From the NCBI GenBank assembly GCA_964057225.1, contig OZ059896.1, positions 17,918,001 through 17,982,000 on the forward strand: DNA of 64,000 nucleotides. The letters are read 5' to 3'. How positions within the stretch are numbered: position 1 is the stretch's first letter; each line of letters starts with the position of its first letter. This DNA is from Auanema rhodensis. Taxonomy: Eukaryota; Animalia; Nematoda. The notes beneath the pieces are model-generated. The model had not been told where the DNA came from. It saw nothing but the letters and a program-made list of their open reading frames with translations, and searched no databases. Position numbers and translations under genes: made by a program. This document shows positions 28,701-40,700 of this stretch, in pieces.

Positions 28701-31700
28701 CCACGGTGATGACCGTTCCAGTCATACATCTGGTGCTGACGTTAACAGAAGCTTCGAAGATTTAGTTGTCGCAGCCCCGACAGAAGAGATTCAAACTGAC
28801 GACGTCGAAGTAACCGGCGTTGTGGGAACATCCGAGCCTATTGATCTCACTCAAGACGAATTAGATTTTATTGTTGGAATTCAGCGCATGCCAAGCCAAA
28901 CTTCTGTAGATAAGCCAGTTCCACCTCCACGTCCTCTACCACCTCAGGTTACCATCTCTGAAGACCACGGTGATGACCATTCCAGTGTTACATCTGGTGC
29001 TGACGTTAACAGAAGCTTCGAAGATTTAGTTGTCGCAGCCCCGACAGAAGAGATTCAAACTGACGACGTCGAAGTAACCGGCGTTGTGGGAACATCCGGG
29101 CCTATTGATCTCACTCAAGACGAATTAGATTTTATTGTTGGAATTCAGCGCATGCCAAGCCAAACTTCTGTTGATAAGCCAGTTCCACCTCCACGTCCTC
29201 TACCACCTCAGGTTACCATCTCTGAAGACCAAGGTGATGACCGTTCCAGTGTTACATCTGGTGCTGACGTTGACAGAAGCTTCGATGCTTCTAGTTCTTT
29301 CGATCAGTATCCCGCACCATCAACTTCGGAAAAACCAAAAGAAGAAGTAATCTCACTCTACCCAAGTGATAAGCCAGAAGATCCTATAGCTTTAACCGAG
29401 GAAGAGCTACAGCACATTGCTGAAATTCAAAGATTGGCCGAGGAAAGTGCGTTCGAGCAAGTTGTTCCACCTTCACGTCCTCTACCACCTCAGGTTACGA
29501 TCTCTGAAGACCACGGTGATGACCATTCCAGTGTTACATCTGGTGCTGACGTTAACAGAAGCTTCGAAGATTTAGTTGTCGCAGCCCCAACAGAAGAGAT
29601 TCAAACAGACGACGTCGAAGAAACAGTCGTTGTGGGAACATCCGAGCCTATTGATCTCACTCAAGACGAATTAGATTTTATTGTTGGAATTCAGCGCTTG
29701 CCAAGCCAAACTTCTCTAGATAAGCCAGTTCCACCTCCACGTCCTCTACCACCTCAGGTTACCATCTCTGAAGACCAAGGTGATGACGGTTCCACTGTTA
29801 CATCTGGTGCTGATGTTGACAGAAGCTTCGAAGCTTTAGATGTCGCAGCCCCAACAGAAGAAATTCAAACAGACGACGTCGAAGAAACAGTCGTTGTGGG
29901 AACACCCGAGCCTATTGATCTCACTCAAGACGAATTAGATTTTATTGTTGGAATTCTGCGCATGCCAAGCCAAACTTCTGTTGATAAGCCAGTTCCACCT
30001 CCACGTCCTCTACCACCTCAGGTTACCATCTCTGAAGACCAAGGTGATGACGGTTCCAGTGTTACATCTGGTGCTGACGTTGACAGAAGCTTCGATGCTT
30101 CTAGTTCTTTCGATCAGTATCCCGGACCATCAACTTTGGAAGAGCCAAATGAAGAAGTAATCTCACTCTACCCAAGTGAAAAGCCGGAAGATCCTATAGC
30201 TTTAACCGAGGAAGAGCTACAGCACATTGCTGAAATTCAAAGATTGGCCGAGGAAAGTGCGTTCGTGCAAGTTGTTCCACCTCCACGTCCTCTACCACCT
30301 CAGGTTACCATCTCTAAAGACCAAAGTGAAGATCGTTCCAGTGTTACATCTGGTGCTGACGTTGACAAAACCTTCGAAGATTTAGTTGTCGCAGCCCCGA
30401 CAGAAGAGATTCAAACAGACGACGTCGAAGAAACAGTCGTTGTGGGAACATCCGAGCCTATTGATCTCACTCAAGACGAATTAGATTTTATTGTTGGAAT
30501 TCAGCGATTGCCTAGCCAAACTTCTATTGATAAGCCAGTTCCACCTCCACGTCCTCTACCACCTCAGGTTACCATCTCTGAAGACAAAGGTGATGACAGT
30601 TCTAGTGTTACATCTGGTGCTGACGTTAACAGAAGCTTCGAAGATTTAGTTGTCGCAGCCCCAACAGAAGAGATTCAAACAGACGACGTCGAAGAAACAG
30701 TCGTTGTGGGAACATCCGAGCCTATTGATCTCACTCAAGACGAATTAGATTTTATTGTTGGAATTCAGCGCATGCCAAGCCAAACTTCTGTTGATAAGCC
30801 AGTTCCACCTCCACGTCCTCTACCACCTCAGGTTACCATCTCTGAAGACCAAGGTGATGACGGTTTCAGTGTTACATCTGGTGCTGACGTTGACAGAAGC
30901 TTCGATGCTTCTAGTTCTTTCGATCAGTATCCCGGACCATCAACTTCGGAAAAGCCAAATGAAGAAGTAATCTCACTCTACCCAAGTGGAAAGCCGGAAG
31001 ATCCTATAGCTTTAACCGAGGAAGAGCTACAGCACATTGCTGAAATTCAAAGATTGGCCGAGGAAAGTGCGTTCGTGCAAGTTGTTCCACCTCCACGTCC
31101 TCTACCACCTCAGGTTACCATCTCTAAAGACCAAAGTGAAGATCGTTCCAGTGTTACATCTGGTGCTGACGTTGACAGAAGCTTCGAAGATTTAGTTGTC
31201 GCAGCCCCGACAGAAGAGATTCAAACAGACGACGTCGAAGAAACAGTCGTTGTGGGAACATCCCAGCCTATTGATCTCACTCAAGACGAATTAGATTTTA
31301 TTGTTGGAATTCAGCGCTTGCCAAGCCAAACTTCTGTTGATAAGCCAGTTCCACCTCCACGTCCTCTACCACCTCAGGTTACCATCTCTGAAGACCAAGG
31401 TGATGACGGTTTCAGTGTTACATCTGGTGCTGACGTTGACAGAAGCTTCGATGCTTCTAGTTCTTTCGATCAGTATCCCGGACCATCAACTTCGGAAAAG
31501 CCAAATGAAGAAGTAATCTCACTCTACCCAAGTGGAAAGCCGGAAGATCCTATAGCTTTAACCGAGGAAGAGCTACAGCACATTGCTGAAATTCAAAGAT
31601 TGGCCGAGGAAAGTGCGTTCGTGCAAGTTGTTCCACCTCCACGTCCTCTACCACCTCAGGTTACCATCTCTGAAGACCAAGGTGATGACCATTCAAGTGT

Positions 31701-34700
31701 TACATCTGGTGCTGACGTTAACAGAAGCTTCGAAGATTTAGTTGTCGCAGCCCCCACAGAAGAGATTCAAACAGACGACGTCAAAGAAACCGTTGTTGTG
31801 GAGAGTTCTTTCGAAACCACTGGAACCATTCAACCTAGCCAACCTAACCACCCTACTCTAGTTCCTCAAGTTACAGTTACCGAAGAACCTGAGGAAGTTC
31901 ACTCTAGTGCGACATCTGAAGCAGACGTTGACCGTAGCTTTGAAGCTGCAGGATCGTTCGAGCAGTACTACGAACGTTCATCTCCTATTCTCGCAGACGA
32001 AGAGGAAGAACCTGAGCTTGGATATGTTGTGGAGAAAGCCGTTGATGAATCTACTGAACTTACTCAAGAAGAACTTGATCATATTGCTCGTATTCAAAGA
32101 ATGGCAGCTGAAAGTTCCTTTGAAACCACTGGAACCATTCAACCTATTCAACCTATCCAACCTAGTCAACCTACTCTAGTTCCTCAAGTTACAGTTACTG
32201 AAGAAGCCGAGGAAGTTCACTCTAGTGCAACATCAGAAGCAGACATAGACCGAAGCTTTGAAGCTGCTGGATCGTTTGATCAGTACTACGAACGTTCATC
32301 TCCTATTCTCGCAGACGAAGAGGAAGAACCTGAGCTTGGATATGTTGTGGAGAAAGCCGTTGATGAATCTACTGAACTTACTCAAGAAGAACTTGATCAT
32401 ATTGCTCGTATTCAAAGAATGGCAGCTGAAAGTTCCTTTGAAACCACTGGAACCATTCAACCTATTCAACCTATCCAACCTAGTCAACCTACTCTAGTTC
32501 CTCAAGTTACAGTTACTAAAGAAGCCGAGGAAGTTCACTCTAGTGCAACATCAGAAGCAGACATAGACCGAAGCTTTGAAGCTGCTGGATCGTTTGATCA
32601 GTACTACGAACGTTCATCTCCTATTCTCGCAGACGAAGAGGAAGAACCTGAGCTTGGATATGTTGTGGAGAAAGCCGTTGATGAATCTACTGAACTTACT
32701 CAAGAAGAACTTGATCATATTGCTCGTATTCAAAGAATGGCAGCTGAAAGTTCCTTTGAAACCACTGGAACCATTCAACCTATTCAACCTATCCAACCTA
32801 GTCAACCTACTCTAGTTCCTCAAGTTACAGTTACTGAAGAAGCCGAGGAAGTTCACTCTAGTGCAACATCAGAAGCAGACATAGACCGAAGCTTTGAAGC
32901 TGCTGGATCGTTTGATCAGTACTACGAACGTTCATCTCCTATTCTCGCAGACGAAGAGGAAGAACCTGAGCTTGGATATGTTGTGGAGAAAGCCGTTGTT
33001 AAATCTACTGAACTTACTCAAGAAGAACTTGATCATATTGCTCGTATTCAAAGAATGGCAGCTGAAAGTTCCTTTGAAACCACTGGAACCATTCAACCTA
33101 TTCAACCTAGCCAACCTAACCACCCTACTCTAGTTCCTCAAGTTACAGTTACCGAAGAACCTGAGGAAGTTCACTCTAGTGCGACATCTGAAGCAGACGT
33201 TGACCGTAGCTTTGAAGCTGCAGGATCGTTCGAGCAGTACTACGAACGTTCATCTCCTATTCTCGCAGACGAAGAGGAAGAACCTGAGTTTGGATATGTT
33301 GTGGAGAAAGCCGTTGATGAATCTACTGAACTTACTCAAGAAGAACTTGATCATATTGCTCGTATTCAAAGAATGGCAGCTGAAAGTTCCTTTGAAACCA
33401 CTGGAACCATTCAACCTATTCAACCTATCCAACCTAGTCAACCTACTCTAGTTCCTCAAGTTACAGTTACTGAAGAAGCCGAGGAAGTTCACTCTAGTGC
33501 AACATCAGAAGCAGACATAGACCGAAGCTTTGAAGCTGCTGGATCGTTTGATCAGTACTACGAACGTTCATCTCCTATTCTCGCAGACGAAGAGGAAGAA
33601 CCTGAGCTTGGATATGTTGTGGAGAAAGCCGTTGATGAATCTACTGAACTTACTCAAGAAGAACTTGATCATATTGCTCGTATTCAAAGAATGGCAGCTG
33701 AAAGTTCCTTTGAAACCACTGGAACCATTCAACCTATTCAACCTAGCCAACCTAACCACCCTACTCTAGTTCCTCAAGTTACAGTTACCGAAGAACCTGA
33801 GGAAGTTCACTCTAGTGCGACATCTGAAGCAGACGTTGACCGTAGCTTTGAAGCTGCAGGATCGTTCGAGCAGTACTACGAACGTTCATATCCTATTCTC
33901 GCAGACGAAGAGGAAGAACCTGAGCTTGGATATGTTGTGGAGAAAGCCGTTGATGAATCTACTGAACTTACTCAAGAAGAACTTGATCATATTGCTCGTA
34001 TTCAAAGAATGGCAGCTGAAAGTTCCTTTGAAACCACTGGAACCATTCAACCTATTCAACCTATCCAACCTAGTCAACCTACTCTAGTTCCTCAAGTTAC
34101 AGTTACTGAAGAAGCCGAGGAAGTTCACTCTAGTGCAACATCAGAAGCAGACATAGACCGAAGCTTTGAAGCTGCTGGATCGTTTGATCAGTACTACGAA
34201 CGTTCATCTCCAATTCTCGGAGATGAAGAGGAAGAACATGAGCTTGGATATGTTGTGGAGAAAGCCGTTGATGAATCTACTGAACTTACTCAAGAAGAAC
34301 TTGATCATATTGCTCGTATTCAAAGAATGGCAGCTGAAAGTTCCTTTGAAACCACTGGAACCATTCAACCTATTCAACCTAGCCAACCTAACCACCCTAC
34401 TCTAGTTCCTCAAGTTACAGTTACCGAAGAACCTGAGGAAGTTCACTCTAGTGCGACATCTGAAGCAGACGTTGACCGTAGCTTTGAAGCTGCAGGATCG
34501 TTCGAGCAGTACTACGAACGTTCATATCCTATTCTCGCAGACGAAGAGGAAGAACCTGAGCTTGGATATGTTGTGATGAAAGCCGTTGATGAATCTACTG
34601 AACTAACTGAAGAAGAACTTGATCATATTGCTCGTATTCAAAGAATGGCAGCTGAAAGTTCCTTTGAAACCACTGGAACCATTCAACCTATTCAACCTAT

Positions 34701-37700
34701 CCAACCTAGTCAACCTACTCTAGTTCCTCAAGTTACAGTTACTGAAGAAGCCGAGGAAGTTCACTCTAGTGCAACATCAGAAGCAGACATAGACCGAAGC
34801 TTTGAAGCTGCTGGATCGTTTGATCAGTACTACGAACGTTCATCTCCAATTCTCGGAGATGAAGAGGAAGAACATGAGCTTGGATATGTTGTGGAGAAAG
34901 CCGTTGATGAATCTACTGAACTTACTCAAGAAGAACTTGATCATATTGCTCGTATTCAAAGAATGGCAGCTGAAAGTTCCTTTGAAACCACTGGAACCAT
35001 TCAACCTATTCAACCTAGCCAACCTAACCACCCTACTCTAGTTCCTCAAGTTACAGTTACCGAAGAACCTGAGGAAGTTCACTCTAGTGCGACATCTGAA
35101 GCAGACGTTGACCGTAGCTTTGAAGCTGCAGGATCGTTCGAGCAGTACTACGAACGTTCATATCCTATTCTCGCAGACGAAGAGGAAGAACCTGAGCTTG
35201 GATATGTTGTGGAGAAAGCCGTTGATGAATCTACTGAACTTACTCAAGAAGAACTTGATCATATTGCTCGTATTCAAAGAATGGCAGCTGAAAGTTCCTT
35301 TGAAACCACTGGAACCATTCAACCTATTCAACCTATCCAACCTAGTCAACCTACTCTAGTTCCTCAAGTTACAGTTACTGAAGAAGCCGAGGAAGTTCAC
35401 TCTAGTGCAACATCAGAAGCAGACATAGACCGAAGCTTTGAAGCTGCTGGATCGTTTGATCAGTACTACGAACGTTCATCTCCAATTCTCGGAGATGAAG
35501 AGGAAGAACATGAGCTTGGATATGTTGTGGAGAAAGCCGTTGATGAATCTACTGAACTTACTCAAGAAGAACTTGATCATATTGCTCGTATTCAAAGAAT
35601 GGCAGCTGAAAGTTCCTTTGAAACCACTGGAACCATTCAACCTATTCAACCTAGCCAACCTAACCACCCTACTCTAGTTCCTCAAGTTACAGTTACCGAA
35701 GAACCTGAGGAAGTTCACTCTAGTGCGACATCTGAAGCAGACGTTGACCGTAGCTTTGAAGCTGCAGGATCGTTCGAGCAGTACTACGAACGTTCATATC
35801 CTATTCTCGCAGACGAAGAGGAAGAACCTGAGCTTGGATATGTTGTGGAGAAAGCCGTTGATGAATCTACTGAACTAACTGAAGAAGAACTTGATCATAT
35901 TGCTCGTATTCAAAGAATGGCAGCTGAAAGTTCCTTTGAAACCACTGGAACCATTCAACCTATTCAACCTATCCAACCTAGTCAACCTACTCTAGTTCCT
36001 CAAGTTACAGTTACTGAAGAAGCCGAGGAAGTTCACTCTAGTGCGACATCTGAAGCAGACATAGACCGAAGCTTTGAAGCTGCTGGATCGTTCGAGCGGT
36101 ACTACGATCGTTCATCTCCTATTCTCGGAGATGAAGAGGAAGAACATGAGCTTGGATATGTTGTGGAGAAAGCCGTTGATGAATCTACTGAACTAACTCA
36201 AGAAGAACTTGATCATATTGCTCGTATTCAAAGAATGACAGCTGAAAGTTCCTTTGAAACCACCGGAACCATTCGACCTAGCCAACCTAACCACCCTACT
36301 CTAGTTCCTCAAGTTACAGTTACCGAAGAACCTGAGGAAGTTCACTCTAGTGCGACATCTGAAGCAGACGTTGACCGGAGCTTTGAAGCTGCAGGTTCGT
36401 TCGAGCAGTACTACGATCGTTCATCTCCTATTCTCGGAGATGAAGAGGAAGAACATGAGCTTGGATATGTTGTGGAGAAAGCGGTTGATGAATCTACTGA
36501 ACTAACTCAAGAAGAACTTGATCATATTGCTCGTATTCAAAGAATGGCAGCTGAAAGTTCCTTTGAAACCACTGGAACCATTCAACCTAGCCAACCTAAC
36601 CACCCTACTCTAGTTCCTCAAGTTACAGTTACTGAAGAAGCCGAGGAAGTTCACTCTAGTGCGAAATCTGAAGCAGACATAGACCGAAGCTTTGAAGCTG
36701 CTGGATCGTTCGAGCAGTACTACGATCGTTCATCTCCTATTCTCGGAGATGAAGAGGAAGAACATGAGCTTGGATATGTTGTGGAGAAAGCGGTTGATGA
36801 ATCTACTGAACTAACTCAAGAAGAACTTGATCATATTGCTCGTATTCAAAGAATGGCAGCTGAAAGTTCTTTTGAAACCACTGGAACCATTCAACCTATT
36901 CAACCTATCCAACCTAGTCAACCTACTTTAGTTCCTCAAGTTACAGTTACTAAAGAAGCCGAGGAAGTTCACTCTAGTGCAACATCTGAAGCAGACGTTG
37001 ACCGGAGCTTTGAAGCTGCTGGATCGTTCGATCAGTACTACGAACGTTCATCTCCTATTATCGAAGACGAAGAGGAAGAACATGAGCTTGGATATGCTGT
37101 GGAGAAAGCCGTTGATGAATCTGCTGAACTAACTCAAGAAGAACTTGATCATATCGCTCGTATTCAAAGAATGGCCGCTCAGAGTTCTTTCGAAACCACT
37201 GGAATCATTCAACCTATTCAACCTAGCCAACCTAACCACCCTACTCTAGTTCCTCAAGTTACAGCTACCGAAGAAGACAAGGAAGTTCACTCTAGTGCAA
37301 CATCTGAAGCAGACTTTGACCGGAGCTTTGAAGCTGCAGGATCGTTCGAGCAGTACTATGATCGTTCATCTCCTATTATCGGAGACGAAGAGGAAGAACA
37401 TGAACTTGGATATGTTGTCGAGAAAGCTGTTGATGAATCTGCTAAACTTACTCAAGAAGAACTTGATCATATCGCTCAAATTCAAAGAATGGCCGCTCAG
37501 AGTTCTTTCGAAACCACTGGAACCATTCAACCTATTCAACCTATCCAACCTAACCACCCTACTCTAGTTCCTCAAGTTACAGCTACCGAAGAAGACAAGG
37601 AAGTTCACTCTAGTGCAACATCTGAAGCAGACATTGACCGAAGCTTTGAAGCTGCAGGATCGTTCGAGCAGTACTACGATCGTTCATCTCCTATTCTCGC

Positions 37701-40700
37701 AGATGAAGAGGAAGAACATGAGCTTGGATATGTTGTGGAGAAAGCTGTTGATGAATCTGCTAAACTTACTCAAGAAGAACTTGATCATATCGCTCAAATT
37801 CAAAGAATGGCCGCTCAGAGTTCTTTCGAAACCACTGGAACCATTCAACCTATTCAACCTATCCAACCTAGTCAACCTACTCTAGTTCCTCAAGTTACAG
37901 TTACTCAAGAAGCCGAGGAAGTTCACTCTAGTGCAACATCCGAAGCAGACGCTGACCGAAGCTTGGAAGATGGAGATTCGTTCGATCAGTACTACCATCG
38001 TTCATCTCCTATTATCGGAGACGAAGAGGAAGAACATGAACTTGGATATGTTGTGGAGAAAGCGGTTGATGAATCTACTGAACTTACTCAAGAAGAACTT
38101 GATCATATCGCTCAAATTCAAAGAATGGCCGCTCAGAGTTCTTTCGAAACCACTGGAACCATTCAACCTATTCAACCTATCCAACCTAGTCAACCTACTC
38201 TAGTTCCTCAAGTTACAGTTACTCAAGAAGCCGAGGAAGTTCACTCTAGTGCAACATCTGAAGCAGACGCTGACCGAAGCTTGGAAGATGGAGATTCGTT
38301 CGATCAGTACTACCATCGTTCATCTCCTATTATCGGAGACGAAGAGGAAGAACATGAACTTGGATATGTTGTGGAGAAAGCGGTTGATGAATCTGCTGAA
38401 CTTACTCAAGAAGAACTTGATCATATCGCTCAAATTCAAAGAATGGCCGCTCAGAGTTCTTTCGAAACCACCGGAACCATTCAACCTAGCCAACCTAACC
38501 ACCCTACTCTAGTTCCTCAAGTTACAGTTACCGAAGAACCTGAGGAAGTTCACTCTAGTGCGACATCTGAAGCAGACGTTGACCGGAGCTTTGAAGCTGC
38601 AGGTTCGTTCAAGCAGTACTACGATCGTTCATCTCCTATTCTCGGAGATGAAGAGGAAGAACATGAGCTTGGATATGTTGTCGAGAAACCCGTTGATGAA
38701 TCTGCTGAACTAACTCAAGAAGAACTTGATCATATTGCTCAGATTCAAAGAATGGCCGCTCAGAGTTCTTTCGAAACCACTGGAACCATTCAACCTATTC
38801 AACCTATCCAACCTAGTCAACCTACTCTAGTTCCTCAAGTTACAGTTACTCAAGAAGAACCTGAGGAAGTTCACTCTAGTGCGACATCTGAAGCAGACGT
38901 TGACCGGAGCTTTGAAGCTGCAGGTTCGTTCGAGCAGTACTACGATCGTTCATCTCCTATTCTCGGAGATGAAGAGGAAGAACATGAGCTTGGATATGTT
39001 GTGGAAAAAGCCGTTGATGAATCTACTGAACTAACTCAAGAAGAACTTGATCATATCGCTCAAATTCAAAGAATGGCCGCTCAGAGTTCTTTCGAAACCA
39101 CTGGAACCATTCAACCTATTCAACCTATCCAACCTAGTCAACCTACTCTAGTTCCTCAAGTTACAGTTACCGAAGAAGACAAGGACGTTCACTCTAGTGC
39201 GACATCTGAAGCAGACGTTGACCGGAGCTTTGAAGCTGCAGGTTCGTTCGAGCAGTACTACGATCGTTCATCTCCTATTCTCGGAGATGAAGAGGAAGAA
39301 CATGAGCTTGGATATGTTGTGGAAAAAGCCGTTGATGAATCTACTGAACTAACTCAAGAAGAACTTGATCATATCGCTCAAATTCAAAGAATGGCCGCTC
39401 AGAGTTCTTTCGAAACCACTGGAACCATTCAACCTATTCAACCTATCCAACCTAACCACCCTACTCTAGTTCCTCAAGTTACAGCTACCGAAGAAGACAA
39501 GGAAGTTCACTCTAGTGCAACATCTGAAGCAGACGTTGACCGAAGCTTTGAAGCTGCAGGATCGTTCGATCAGTACTATGATCGTTCATCTCCTATTCTC
39601 GCAGATGAAGAGGAAGAACATGAGCTTGGATATGTTGTGGAGAAAGCTGTTGATGAATCTGCTGAACTTACTCAAGAAGAACTTGATCATATCGCTCAAA
39701 TTCAAAGAATGGCCGCTCAGAGTTCTTTCGAAACCACTGGAACCATTCAACCTATCCAACCTACTCTCGTTCCTCAAGTTACAGTTACTCAAGAAGAACC
39801 TGAGGAAGTTCACTCTAGTGCAACATCTGAAGCAGACTTTGACCGGAGCTTTGAAGCTGCAGGATCGTTCGAGCAGTACTATGATCGTTCATCTCCTATT
39901 CTCGCAGATGAAGAGGAAGAACATGAGCTTGGATATGTTGTGGAGAAAGCTGTTGATGAATCTGCTGAACTTACTCAAGAAGAACTTGATCATATCGCTC
40001 AAATTCAAAGAATGGCCGCTCAGAGTTCTTTCGAAACCACTAGAACCATTCAACCTATTCAACCTAGCCAACCTAACCACCCTAGTCTAGTTCCTCAAGT
40101 TACAGTTACCGAAGAAGACAAGGAAGTTCACTCTAGTGCAACATCAGAAGCAGACGTTGACCGAAGCTTTGAAGCTGCAGGATCGTTCGATCAGTACTAT
40201 GATCGTTCATCTCCTATTCTCGCAGATGAAGAGGAAGAACATGAGCTTGGATATGTTGTGGAGAAAGCTGTTGATGAATCTGCTGAACTTACTCAAGAAG
40301 AACTTGATCATATCGCTCAAATTCAAAGAATGGCCGCTCAGAGTTCTTTCGAAACCACTGGAACCATTCAACCTATCCAACCTACTCTCGTTCCTCAAGT
40401 TACAGTTACTCAAGAAGAACCTGAGGAAGTTCACTCTAGTGCAACATCTGAAGCAGACATTGACCGAAGCTTTGAAGCTGCAGGATCGTTCGATCAGTAC
40501 TATGATCGTTCATCTCCTATTCTCGCAGATGAAGAGGAAGAACATGAGCTTGGATATGTTGTGGAGAAAGCTGTTGATGAATCTGCTGAACTTACTCAAG
40601 AAGAACTTGATCATATCGCTCAAATTCAAAGAATGGCCGCTCAGAGTTCTTTCGAAACCACTGGAACCATTCAACCTATTCAATCTAGCCAACCTAACCA

